DNA of 64,000 bases. Origin: Leucoraja erinacea (Eukaryota). The stretch lies in the NCBI RefSeq assembly GCF_028641065.1, contig NC_073379.1, positions 74,338,001 to 74,402,000 on the forward strand, read 5' to 3'. Positions 36,625 to 47,468 of this stretch are shown piece by piece (position 1 is the first letter of the stretch; each line of letters starts with the position of its first letter). Made by a program: the position numbers and the translations under genes. The notes under the pieces are model-generated. The model saw nothing but the letters and a program-made list of their open reading frames with translations, was not told the DNA's origin and did no database searches.

Positions 36625-39548
36625 TCACTCAGGTCTTACTATACTAACCATACCTAGGTCCATATCCCTGCCCTCTCCCCGTAGCCCCTTATCCCCTTGG
36701 CAGCTAAAAAAGCCATCTATTTTAGTCTTAAATATATTTAAAGTTTCTGCTTCCACTGCTCCCTGGGGCAGTGAATTCCATAAATTAACCACCCTCTGGG
36801 TGAAGAAGTTCTTCCTCATCTCAGTTTTAAAAGAGCCCCCCCCTATTCTGCAACTATGTCCCCTAGTTCTAGTTTCCCCGATCATTGGGAACATCCTCGG
36901 TGCATCCACCCGATCAAGGCCCCTCACGATCTTATATGTTTCAATGAGATCGCCTCTCATTCTTCTAAACTCCAAAGAGTAGAGTTCCAGCCTACTTAAC
37001 CTTTCCTCATATGTCAATCCCCTCATTGCAGGAATTAATCTTGTAAACCTTCGCTGCACTGCCTCCAGGGCTAGTACATCCTTTCTTAAGTATGGACCCC
37101 AGAACTGTACACAGTATTCCAAATGTGGTCTCACTAATACTGTGTACAGCTGCAGCAAGACCTCCGTATTTTTATACTCAATCCCCCTAGCAATAAAGGC
37201 CAAAACTCCATTGGCCTTCCTGATTGCTTGCTGCACCTGCATACTAACTTTCAGTGATTCATGTACTAATACCCCTAGATCCCTTTGCATTGCATTACAA
37301 CGCAGCTCCTCCTCATTTAGAGAATAACTTGCCCTATCATTTTTTTTCCCAAAGTGAATGACTTCATTTTTATTAGTATTTAAATTTCATCTGCCAAGTT
37401 GTTGCCCACTCACCTAGCTTATCTATATCCTTTTGCAGACTCTTCCTATCCTCCTCATCCCCTACTTTTCCTCCCATTTTTGTATCGTCCGCAAATTTTG
37501 ATATATTACACTTGGTTCCCTCCTCCAAATCATTTATATAAATTGTGAACAACTGGGGTCCCAGCACCGACCCTTGCGGAACCCCGCTAGTTACCGGTTG
37601 CCATCCCGAGTATGAACCATTTATCCCCACTCTCTGCTTCCTATTTGTTAGCCAATCCTCTACCCATGCTAATATATTACCCCCAATCCCATAATTTTTT
37701 TATTTTTAGCAATAGTCTCTTATGTGGCACCTTGTCAAAAGCCTTTTGGAAGTCCAAGTATACCATATCCACCGGTTCCCCTTTATCCACCCGGGTTGTT
37801 ACTTCCTCAAAGAATTCGAGCAGATTCGTTAAACAGGACTTCCCCTTCACAAAACCATGCTGGTTCTGTCCGATGAAGTCATGTTTATCCAAGTGCCCCG
37901 TTAGTGTTTCTTTAATAATTGTCTCTAACATTTTACCCACCACCGATGTTAGACTAACCGGTCTATAGTTACCCGCCTTCTGTTTACTTCCTTTTTTAAA
38001 TATAGGTGTTACATTGGCCATTTTCCAATCCACTGGGACCGTTCCTGCCTCCAGGGAGTTTTGGAAAATTATCACCAATGCATCCACAATCCCCACCGCT
38101 ATCTCCCTCAAGACCCTTGGATGTAATCCATCAGGCCCAGGGGATTTATCCTCCTTCAGTCTCATTAATTTCCCTAATACCACCTCCTTGGTGATCTTAA
38201 TAGTATTTAGCTCCTCCATTCCTACCGCCCCCTGTTTATCCAGCGTTGGAATATTTTTTGTGTCTTCTATGGTGAAGACTGATACAAAATACTCGTTTAA
38301 TGCCTTTGCCATTTCCATGTTCCCCACCAACAACTCTCCAGCCTCACCCTCCAATGGACCAACGTTCACCTTAGCCACCCTTTTTCTTTTTATATAGCTA
38401 TAAAAACTCTTACTATTAGTTTTTATGTTGTTCGCTAAATTCCTTTCATAGTCTATTTTCCCCGTCTTAATTAATCTCTTCGTTATTTTTTGCTGACCTT
38501 TAAATGCTTCCCAATCCTCTACCCTCCCACTATCTCTGGCTACCTTATATGCCCTTGCCTTCAGCCGAATACTATCCTTTATAGTTTTACTGAGCCATGG
38601 CTGACTGTTCTTACCCTTACCCCTTTTTTTCTTCATAGGAATAAATTTTTCTTGAAGGTTATACAGTATACCCTTAAACGTACACCACTGCTCATGTACC
38701 GTCTTATTCTTGAGTCTGCTATCCCAGTCAACTTTGATCAGCTCAGTCCTCATACCTTCATAATCCCCCTTATTTAGACTAAGCACCCTAGCCTGAGTTT
38801 CAACCTGCTCCCCTTCTATTTGAATATGGAATTCGACCATATTGTGGTCACTTGTTCCCAACGAGTCCCTAACTATGACATTTTTAATTAATCCTGCTTC
38901 ATTACACAGGACCAGATCCAAGATTGCCTCCCCCCTTGTCGGTTCTGTGACATACTGTTCTAGGAACCCGTCTCTAATACATTCTATAAACTCTTCCTCT
39001 AGTCTACCCTGCCCAGTTTGGTTTGCCCAATTAATATGAAAATTGAAGTCCCCCATGATTACAGCAGTTCCCTTTTTACATGCGTCAACTATTTGCAGAT
39101 TTATGTTCTGACTAACAGCGTCACAGCTATTTGGAGGTCTATAAATTACACCCACTAGTGTTTTTTTCCCCTTATTATTCTCTATCTGTACCCAAGCTGT
39201 TTCACTATCCTGATCCTTCAACGCAATATCCTTCCTCTCTATTGCCGTTATTCCCTCCCTTATTTAAAGGGCCACCCCTCCTCCCTTTCTTTCCTGTCTA
39301 TCTTTCCTAATTGTCGAGTACCCCTCTATATTTAACTCCCAGTCCTGATCCCCTTGCAGCCATGTCTCCGTAATGGCCACGATATCATAACTATATATAC
39401 TTAATTGCACCGTTAATTCATTTATCTTATTATGAATACTCCGTGCATTTAGATAAAGCACTTTCAGATGATTTTTACTACCCTTCCTTTCCGTTTTTGC
39501 CCCTTTTACATCTAAAGCTTTATCTTCACACATTCTGTCTCCTGTCAC
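36625..39548 (-). pseudogene. CR1 ORF2 (APE endonuclease plus RT), interrupted in the assembly
   Basis: Pieces 39264-39548, 37677-39221, 37373-37630 and 36625-37290 carry LYLNARS, ITETWL, GDFN, SDHN, GVPQGS and FADD. The breaks lie at A/T runs. Confidence 0.9.
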
Positions 39549-39638
39549 ATTTTGACTTTCCGCTTCCCCACTGATACCCTGCTCTATTTCCTCTACCTCT
39601 GCCGTTATTACCCCCCTTGATACCTCCCCCCCCGCTAC

Positions 39639-40592
39639 TTAGTTTAAAGACCTCTCTACTGCCCTAGTTATATGATTTGCCAGGACCCCAGTCCCAGCAC
39701 CGTTCAGGTGAAGTCCGTCCTTACAGAACAGATCCCCCCTGTCCCAGTACTGGTGCCAGTGGCCCAAGAAACCAAACCCATTATTCCCACACCAGTCTTT
39801 GAGCCACGCATTTAGCTTTTTAATTTTACGTACCCTCGCCGATTTGGCCCGTGGCTCAGGTAGCAATCCGGAGATCAGTACCCTCGAGGTTCTGCTTTTT
39901 AATTTATTCCCTAACTGCTCAAACTCCTTCAGCAGATCCTCCTTCCTCGTCCTTCCTATGTCATTGGTCCCCACATGGACCACGACCACTGGATCCTCCC
40001 CCTCCCTCTGCAAATTTCTCTCCAGCATCGCAGAGATATCCTTAACCCTAGCACCGGGTAGGCAACACAGCCTTCGGGACATGTTCTGCTGGCCGCAGAG
40101 AACCTTATCTACCCCCCGAATAATACTATCCCCTATCACTACGGCATTTCTTCTAACTCCCCCCTCTTGAATGGCCTCCTGATCCACGGTGCTGCAGCCA
40201 GGTTGCTCATCCCTCCCACAGCCCCTGATCCCGTCCTTACATTGAGTAAGAGCCTCGGTCATGCTCGTCAGGGACAAGGGCTGTGGCTCCTGCCGCATCT
40301 CCTCCTGGTTCCCCCTACCTGCCTCGCTTATGGCCACACCTTCCTTTCCTTGCTCACTGCCTACTGAATTAGTTAAACTGGTCGGTGTGACCATCCCCTG
40401 GCACAAAACATCCAGGTAATACTCCCCCTCCCTGATGTACCGCAGCGTATGAAGTTGGGTCTCCAGCTCATCAATGCGGAGCTGGAGTTCCTCTAGCCTC
40501 AAACACTTACTGCAGCTGTAGGGATCTTCTACATCAATGGTGTCGACAAATTCCCACATCTCGCAGTATTGGCACATCTCCTGACCGCCCAT
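39639..40592 (-). CDS. CR1 ORF1: CxxC zinc finger, leucine zipper and SGNH/GDSL esterase
   Basis: Open 317-aa ORF with CQYC..CSKC, heptad leucines, VIGDSIIRG, VHVGTND and DGLHLN. Confidence 0.92.
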   Translation of the reverse strand: MGGQEMCQYCEMWEFVDTIDVEDPYSCSKCLRLEELQLRIDELETQLHTLRYIREGEYYLDVLCQGMVTPTSLTNSVGSEQGKEGVAISEAGRGNQEEMRQEPQPLSLTSMTEALTQCKDGIRGCGRDEQPGCSTVDQEAIQEGGVRRNAVVIGDSIIRGVDKVLCGQQNMSRRLCCLPGARVKDISAMLERNLQREGEDPVVVVHVGTNDIGRTRKEDLLKEFEQLGNKLKSRTSRVLISGLLPEPRAKSARVRKIKKLNAWLKDWCGNNGFGFLGHWHQYWDRGDLFCKDGLHLNGAGTGVLANHITRAVERSLN

Positions 40593-41514
40593 CTTATATA
40601 AGTAATTAACTGGTCCTATTTAAGAATCCCCTACTGTATTGATACACCCCTTATTTATATAATCCTACCTCCTATAAATGGGAAAGTACTCACCCCAGCC
40701 GTAAATTACCTACTGGTTTGGCTGTCTAGTGGTAATTCCGTCCGCTCTTCCTGTCTGGTCCACTGCTCCCTTGCAGTGCGTGGCAAACCTCTTTGCCTCT
40801 CCCAGAATCCTTAGCCTCTCAAGCGTATTGCGTGGTCTCCTCTCCTCAGCGAAGACTCTCGAGCCAAAGACTCACACTTTTCTCACAGGGCACTTCACTC
40901 ACTCTGCTGCTCGCAAGAGTTGAGGGCAAGCACTTCTAAACTCGCAGATTAGGTCGCCACAGTGGGACAGCCCCTTAAGTACATGGACATGTATACACAT
41001 ACATACAGTAATGCCACAATAGTCTGCAGACAACTTGAAAATGCATTGCATTTGCTCCAAAAACATGCCATTGCGATACACTATAATGATTCACTCCATA
41101 TATTGGTTACGTGACAGTTCCCCAAATGTTAGAGAGTTACAGGAACAATTGTATGAAGCTGAAATAAAGATTTTCATGTATCGAACAGTTGCTTTTGCTG
41201 TAGACATTTAAAAATATCAAGCCAAGGTTAACTGACTAACTTCATAAGTATTTATTGATAAATATATGGTCACAATTTACCTTTCTGCTGATCTCAGCTG
41301 ATTGAGACGCATTGCCTTTTGTTTCTTCAGCCAATGTTTTTAAATACTCCTTGGCAAATTGATCATATTACACAGGGCCTAGGAGGTCTAATCCAACACA
41401 AGACTGTAATGTGATTGATGTACCTTTAATAATTATAACATGGTGAACGCAAATTCTGCTTAAACAAGTGTCCATGAGAAACAATTTAAACTTCACTGCG
41501 TTATGTTGTACCAT

Positions 41515-42210
41515 GTGCATGGTTCCTTGAAGGTCGTGTCGCAGGTGGATAAGGTGGTCAAAAAAGGCTTTTGGCACTTTGGCCTTCATCAGTCAGAGTA
41601 TTGAGTATAGAAGTTGGGAGGTCATGTTGCAGTTGTATAAGACGTTGGTCCATTAGACCGCATTTAGAATATTGTGTTCAGTTCTGGGCATCATGTTATA
41701 GGAAAGATATTGTCAACTTTGAAAAGGTTCAGCAATGACATGAGGATGTTGCCAGGATTACAGGGTGTGAGCTATAGGGAGAGGTTGAATAGGCTGGGTC
41801 TCTATTCCATGGTGCAGGAGGATGAGGGGTGATCTTATAGAGGTGTACAAAATCATGAGAGGAATAGATCGGCACAGAGCCTCTTGCCCAGAGTAGGGGA
41901 ATAGAGGACTAGAGGACATAGGTTCAAGATGAAGGGGAAAAGATTTAATAAGAATCCAAGGGGTAACTTTTTCACACAAACGGTGGTGGGTGTATGGAAC
42001 AAGCTGCCATAGGAGGTAGTTGAGGCAGGGACTATCCCATCGTTTAAGAAACAGTTAGACAGGTACATGGATAAGACGGGTTTGGAGGGATATGGACCAA
42101 GCGCAGGCAAGTGGGACTAGTGTAGTGGGACACTGTTGGCCGGTGTGGCCAAGTTGGGCCAAAGGGTCTGTTTCCACACTGTATGACTCTATCTATGACT
42201 ATCTATGACA
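41515..42210 (+). mobile_element. CR1 3' fragment
   Basis: LYKTLV..RPHLEYCVQFW and RGNFFTQ..VGVWNKLP motifs, with a ctatga tail. Confidence 0.88.
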
Positions 42211-42974
42211 CCAATTGAGAAAGTGCATACTCCATTTATCATGTAGCATAGCAGAATACCTGGGACAATTGGGATTCTACTGCTTTATCACCCTATTGGG
42301 GATCTCTCAGCAACTTCCACAGATTGCCAACATCTTCACTGACCTCAATTGGGTCATCTGACAGAGCCATGTTGCAACTGTGTATGATCTTGATGCCCTT
42401 TGACAGGATAGTAATGTATACCATGCAAGTCTTAGCAACATACTCTGCAGGAAAGGAGCACATTAGGCTGCTCTTACATTAATATTTAGAGAGTGATAAC
42501 AAGTAGATTCATCTCAGGAAACTATATGATGAGGTTTTCTCTGTCCCAGGAATACAGAATCCCAAGTTTTGTAGAAACAAGGAACTGCGGATGCTGGTTT
42601 ATACACAAAAGGACAAAAATTGCTGGACTAACTCAGCAGGTCAGGCAACATCTTCGGAGAAAATGGATAGGTGATTTTTGAGTCAAGACCCTAACGACAC
42701 CCATCCATGTTATCCAGAGATGCTGGCTGACATCCCAAGTTTTGTGGTCACTTAATAACTATCAAGGAGGTGACTGTAATTGGGTTTAAGAGGAAGGGAC
42801 CAAACACTAGTGTCAAGAGGAAGCACGCGTAGAAGCACATTGAAAGATAGGCATGTTGTAGGTTTCAAGTAAACGTGCATCAGTTCTGATGTTTTTCTGC
42901 TTGCAAACAATACTTTTTTTAAAGAGTTGAGGATAGTTCTGTGGATAACATGAATGGGACCTTTATAAGCCATA

Positions 42975-43345
42975 GTCAGAGAGTGATATAGCTTGGAAAC
43001 AGGCCTTTTGGACCAACTTGCTCACACCGGCCAACATGTCCCATCTACACCAGTCCCACCTGCCTGCATTGGCCCATGTCCCTCTAAACCTGTCCTATCC
43101 AATTACCTCCCCAAATGTTTCTTGGAGGTTGTGATAGTACCTGCATCAACTACCTTCTCCAGCAGCTCGTTCCATACACCTCTCACCCTTTGCGTGAAAA
43201 AGTTACCCTTCAGGTTCCTATTAAATCCTTTCCCCCTTACCTTAAACCTATGTTGTCTGGTTCTCAATTCCATAACTTTGGGCAAGAGACTCTGTGCATC
43301 TACCTGATTTATTCTCTGCATGATTTTGTAAACTATAAGATCAAA
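42975..43345 (-). mobile_element. CR1 3' fragment
   Basis: ORF 43103-43321, KGNFFTQRVRGVWNEL. Confidence 0.85.
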
Positions 43346-44244
43346 TAGGGAAGGGTTTCTGAATGATTACATGCTAATGAAGGAATAGTCATATTGACCC
43401 AAAAATATTTTGGCCAGATATACTAAATATAAATTCTGTCAAACATTTAGCAACCGTTTGATCTTCCATTCACCAGTCACAAGGATTCTTGAAGAAAGAA
43501 GTAGGCACAATAATAGTCTGATTAGAATGGAAGGAAAAGCCATCCACATCACAATTTAATAATTAAACAATGAACCCATTGAGAGAATGATTCAAAGTAA
43601 CAGTAACGCAAATGGAAAGATTGCTGCACTCAGAAGCACTCAAATCTGTGATGAGTATAAAAATTACTTAAAAACTCAATTATTCTACTTTCAAAACAGA
43701 ATTATTCGTAACTCGACCACAGAAAACCCATTTACAGCCTTTCATAAACCATTAATTGTATATCTGAAACCCTTAACCGTGAAATGCTTCCACTTTTGAT
43801 TTTTCATACATTTCCTGCATACTAAAACAATGTTTTCAGTTGGGAATTACCTCTCACGCTCTCCTTGGGAAATAGTTGACAGAATACTATCGAAGAATAA
43901 CATGTGCCAACGTGCGCTGGTTATATCAATCCCATGGTTGAAATGTAATACAAACTATTCAAAAACGGAGTGGAGAGAAAGGAGGGTGGCACTGATCAAT
44001 TTGCCTGACATTATTTATCAGGAAAATGATGGAATCCAATAGTTCACATGTTATAGGAGTAGAATTAGACCATTCTGTACATCGAGTCTACTCCACAATT
44101 TAATCAGGGCTGATCTTTGCCACAAAATCCCATTTTCCTACCTTCTCCCATAAACCTTGACACCCCGTTCTAATCAAGAACTTGTCTATCTCTGCCTTAA
44201 AAATATCCATTGACTTGGCCTCCACAGCCTTCTGTGGCATGGGC

Positions 44245-44402
44245 NNNNNNNNNNNNNNNNNNNNNNNNNNNNNNNNNNNNNNNNNNNNNNNNNNNNNNNN
44301 NNNNNNNNNNNNNNNNNNNNNNNNNNNNNNNNNNNNNNNNNNNNNNNNNNNNNNNNNNNNNNNNNNNNNNNNNNNNNNNNNNNNNNNNNNNNNNNNNNNN
44401 NN
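44245..44402. other. Assembly gap (Ns)
   Basis: Run of N. Confidence 1.
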
Positions 44403-45301
44403 CATGTTTTGAAAGGGGGGGTGACAATCCCTCCCATGTTTTGCAATCCGGATTTTGAAACTCGGTGAAAAAAAATCTATTAAAATCTCCGCTTTCCGTG
44501 AGACAGTGGGGGTGTCACTGTTAAGCGCTTGTTAAGTGTGTCCATTAACATCGTATTAACACGATGTGTCACCAAATATGTTTTGACCTTCAAGTATTAA
44601 TGAAGATATTCACGGAGAATTCCTTAAAGTTGTCTGATGCGGGGATAATTACCATTTGAACTAATTGGATATATTGGCGGATGGGAAAGATTTAAACGAG
44701 TATCGGACTTAAATGGGTCAGGTCATTAGGATACGGTCGAATTGGTTTCCTGGATGGCTTGCAGGTAAGTTTCTCATTCAGGTCACACGTTATTTAGTAT
44801 GTTTTTCCCATCTCTCTCTCTCTCTCTCTCTCTCTCCCCTCCAAGGTTGGTTCTTCTGTTTGCCTTTATTTGCTTCAGTTTTATTTGTTTAAGTGTTATT
44901 TATCACATTGTAGCTTTTGAAACATTCAAGCGGGTATCAGCCGCTTTCAAAGGTCTGAATCGGCCCCTTCATGCGGCCTTTCATCACCCGGCGTGGTTTA
45001 AATCAAACTGCTGCATTGAGCCGATCGAGGCTCCTGATGTTGAAGACCCTGCCAGCCGATTTTAAGCCACGCTGGACGATGAAAGGCCCCGCGAACGGGC
45101 CGATTCAAGCCCCACGATTCGGGGCGGGCAAAGCTGCTGTTGCTGGAGTTCGGAGTCGGTCACCAACCAGGTCAGCTCCCGAAGGTAGACAAAAATGCTG
45201 GAGAAACTCAGGGGGTGAGGCAGCATCTATGGAACGAAGGAATAGGTGATGTTCCTTGCTGAAACGCTTCCTCAGATCTGGTCAGAGGAAGGTCTGAGGA
45301 A

Positions 45302-45337
45302 GGGTCTGAAGAAGGGCCTCGACCCGAAATGTCACCT
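45302..45337 (+). ncRNA. Minimal hammerhead ribozyme motif (Penelope pLTR type)
   Basis: gggt CTGAAGA agggcc-tc-gaccc GAAA t GTC acct: core, stem II (one mismatch), NUH site and stem I ggt/acc. Confidence 0.6.
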
Positions 45338-45358
45338 ATTCCTTCGCTCCATAGATGC

Positions 45359-47075
45359 CAAAGATCTTATAGCAGAGCAAGATGGCCTACTCCTATGAAA
45401 AACACGTAGTACAGTCATGGGCAGATTCATGGGCGATCATAGGACCTATTTTAGCAACCAGCCTCCGCCATCTTGTTCCGCCATCTTGTTCCGCCATCTT
45501 GCTCTGCCATCATGCTTCTGGCCAAAGATCGGATCTTTGCTTCCGCCTCCGCTCCCGTATTTTCGCTTTGGTCTTTGACTTGGGCGGGAGAGGGGGGTGC
45601 ATGGTCCGGGGCAGCGGGGAGGCCCAAGGCCTTGGCAGGGTGAGGTGGGTGCACGGCCGGGGTAGCGGGGAGAGGAGGTGCGCCATGGGCAGCGGGGAGG
45701 CCTGGGGCCTTGACGGGGAGAGGGGGTGCGCGGCCCAGGGCAGCGGGGAGAGAGGAGGGGAGTAGTGCAAGTGGGGTAGTGGTGACGCAGGAGGGTTGGG
45801 TAGGGCTGGGGGAGGGAGAGAGCAAAGATCTTATTGCGGAGCTCCGCTATAAGATCTTTGGGAGAGAGAGTTGGGGTAGGGGCCGGGGTGCAGAGAGCAT
45901 GGGGAGAGATGTGGGGTCGGGGGCTGGTGGGTTAAGGGACTACAGCATAGGAGGGGGGGAGACATTGTAGTGTGGGGGGAGGCGAGGGAGTGCCGGTGGG
46001 GGGGAGAGTTGAGGGGTGGGATTAGGGCCTAGTGTGTGTGAAGTTGCAGAGAGGTTTACAATGTTTATTATTTAATGTCCCTTGTCTAGTCTGAAATAAA
46101 GTTCATCATTGGATATAAAAATCAGAAGAAATATAATTGTGTGTGTTATATGATTATATACATCTATATCACATTCATGTATGTGTGTTCTTTCCAGCAC
46201 AATCTAATCAGTTGTATGCTCATGGAATAAAACCATCCTTAAGTTATGCATCTTATGGAAATCTTGCTCAAAACAAATTTAATTTTGTGAAATTCTTCAA
46301 TTACATAACCCCACAGGCAGATCTCATTCCACTCTCTGGCTATTGGGAAGACCAGACCCCTTTTTATTTGTGGAAAACAACTCCATAGAAAATAGAAAAT
46401 AAGCACAAAAACATTAAGTAACATTCCATGAACTGGAATCTTCATATTACTATTATTTTCCCAAATACTGCAGATGTGAACAGTGTGATTACATTAATGT
46501 GATTAGTGAAAGAATTACAGAGTGCAAGTGTAATACAAAATCAACTCAAACACAGCATATGAGCCATTTAAAAATAAATGATTTAAAAAACATTAAAAAA
46601 GAAAATTACCAGAGGCAAAATTTATAAACGTTTTATTCTTTAACAAGAATTAACAGAATTATGAACTAACAGAATTATGAACCTAACCCTATATCACACA
46701 CAAAAACTGTTCCCCCGCAACGTTGATTACGTTGCGGGTCGGATCTGGTAGGTTCCGGTTAATACAAAATCAACTCAAATGCAGCTTATGAACCATTTCA
46801 AAAGAAATGATTTAAAAAACATTAAAAAAGACAATTACCAGAGTCAAATTTTATTCTTGACAAGAATTAACAGAAGTATGAACTAACAGAATTACACCAA
46901 AGATCCTATCGCTCAGCTATAAGATCTTTGGATTACATATGCGAGTCGGGTCGGGTAGGTTCCGGTTACTAAAATGGGCGGGGAAAAATACCCAGGATCC
47001 CCTCCGTAGCGTACTACACGTCAGCCCATTTCATTTCGTAGGAGTAGCCTATCTTGCTCCGCTATAGGATCTTTG
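45359..47075. mobile_element. P-superfamily-like non-autonomous DNA transposon
   Basis: ~42-bp imperfect TIRs starting CAAAG (caaagatcttatagcagagcaagat and atcttgctccgctataggatctttg). Perfect 8-bp TSD atagatgc. Confidence 0.75.
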
Positions 47076-47201
47076 ATAGATGCTGCCTCACCCGCTGAGT
47101 TTCTCCAGCATTTTTGTCTACCTTCAATTTTTCCAGTATCTGCAGTTCTTTCTTAAACACGTCAGCTCCCAATGTTACCGTTCACAGGGCCCACAGTTGA
47201 A

Positions 47202-47468
47202 NNNNNNNNNNNNNNNNNNNNNNNNNNNNNNNNNNNNNNNNNNNNNNNNNNNNNNNNNNNNNNNNNNNNNNNNNNNNNNNNNNNNNNNNNNNNNNNNNNN
47301 NNNNNNNNNNNNNNNNNNNNNNNNNNNNNNNNNNNNNNNNNNNNNNNNNNNNNNNNNNNNNNNNNNNNNNNNNNNNNNNNNNNNNNNNNNNNNNNNNNNN
47401 NNNNNNNNNNNNNNNNNNNNNNNNNNNNNNNNNNNNNNNNNNNNNNNNNNNNNNNNNNNNNNNNNNNN
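47202..47468. other. Assembly gap (Ns)
   Basis: Run of N. Confidence 1.

Larger units (their letters stand above)
36324..40919 (-). mobile_element. Near-intact full-length CR1 LINE
   Basis: 5' UTR, ORF1, ORF2, long 3' UTR and ttctatga repeats. Probable ttgag TSD at 36319-36323 and 40920-40924. Confidence 0.95.
35602..40975. mobile_element. PIF/Harbinger-type MITE carrying a full-length CR1 insertion
   Basis: TIRs aggggctgtcccactgcggcgacctaatctg and cagattaggtcgccacagtgggacagcccct. TAA TSD at 35599-35601 and 40976-40978. Confidence 0.88.
45181..47160. mobile_element. Penelope-derived palindromic repeat with a perfect 10-bp TSD, hosting the P-like element
   Basis: gtcagctccc at 45171-45180 and 47161-47170. 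Inverted arms gaaggtagacaaaaatgctggagaaactcag and ctgagtttctccagcatttttgtctaccttc. Confidence 0.85.
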
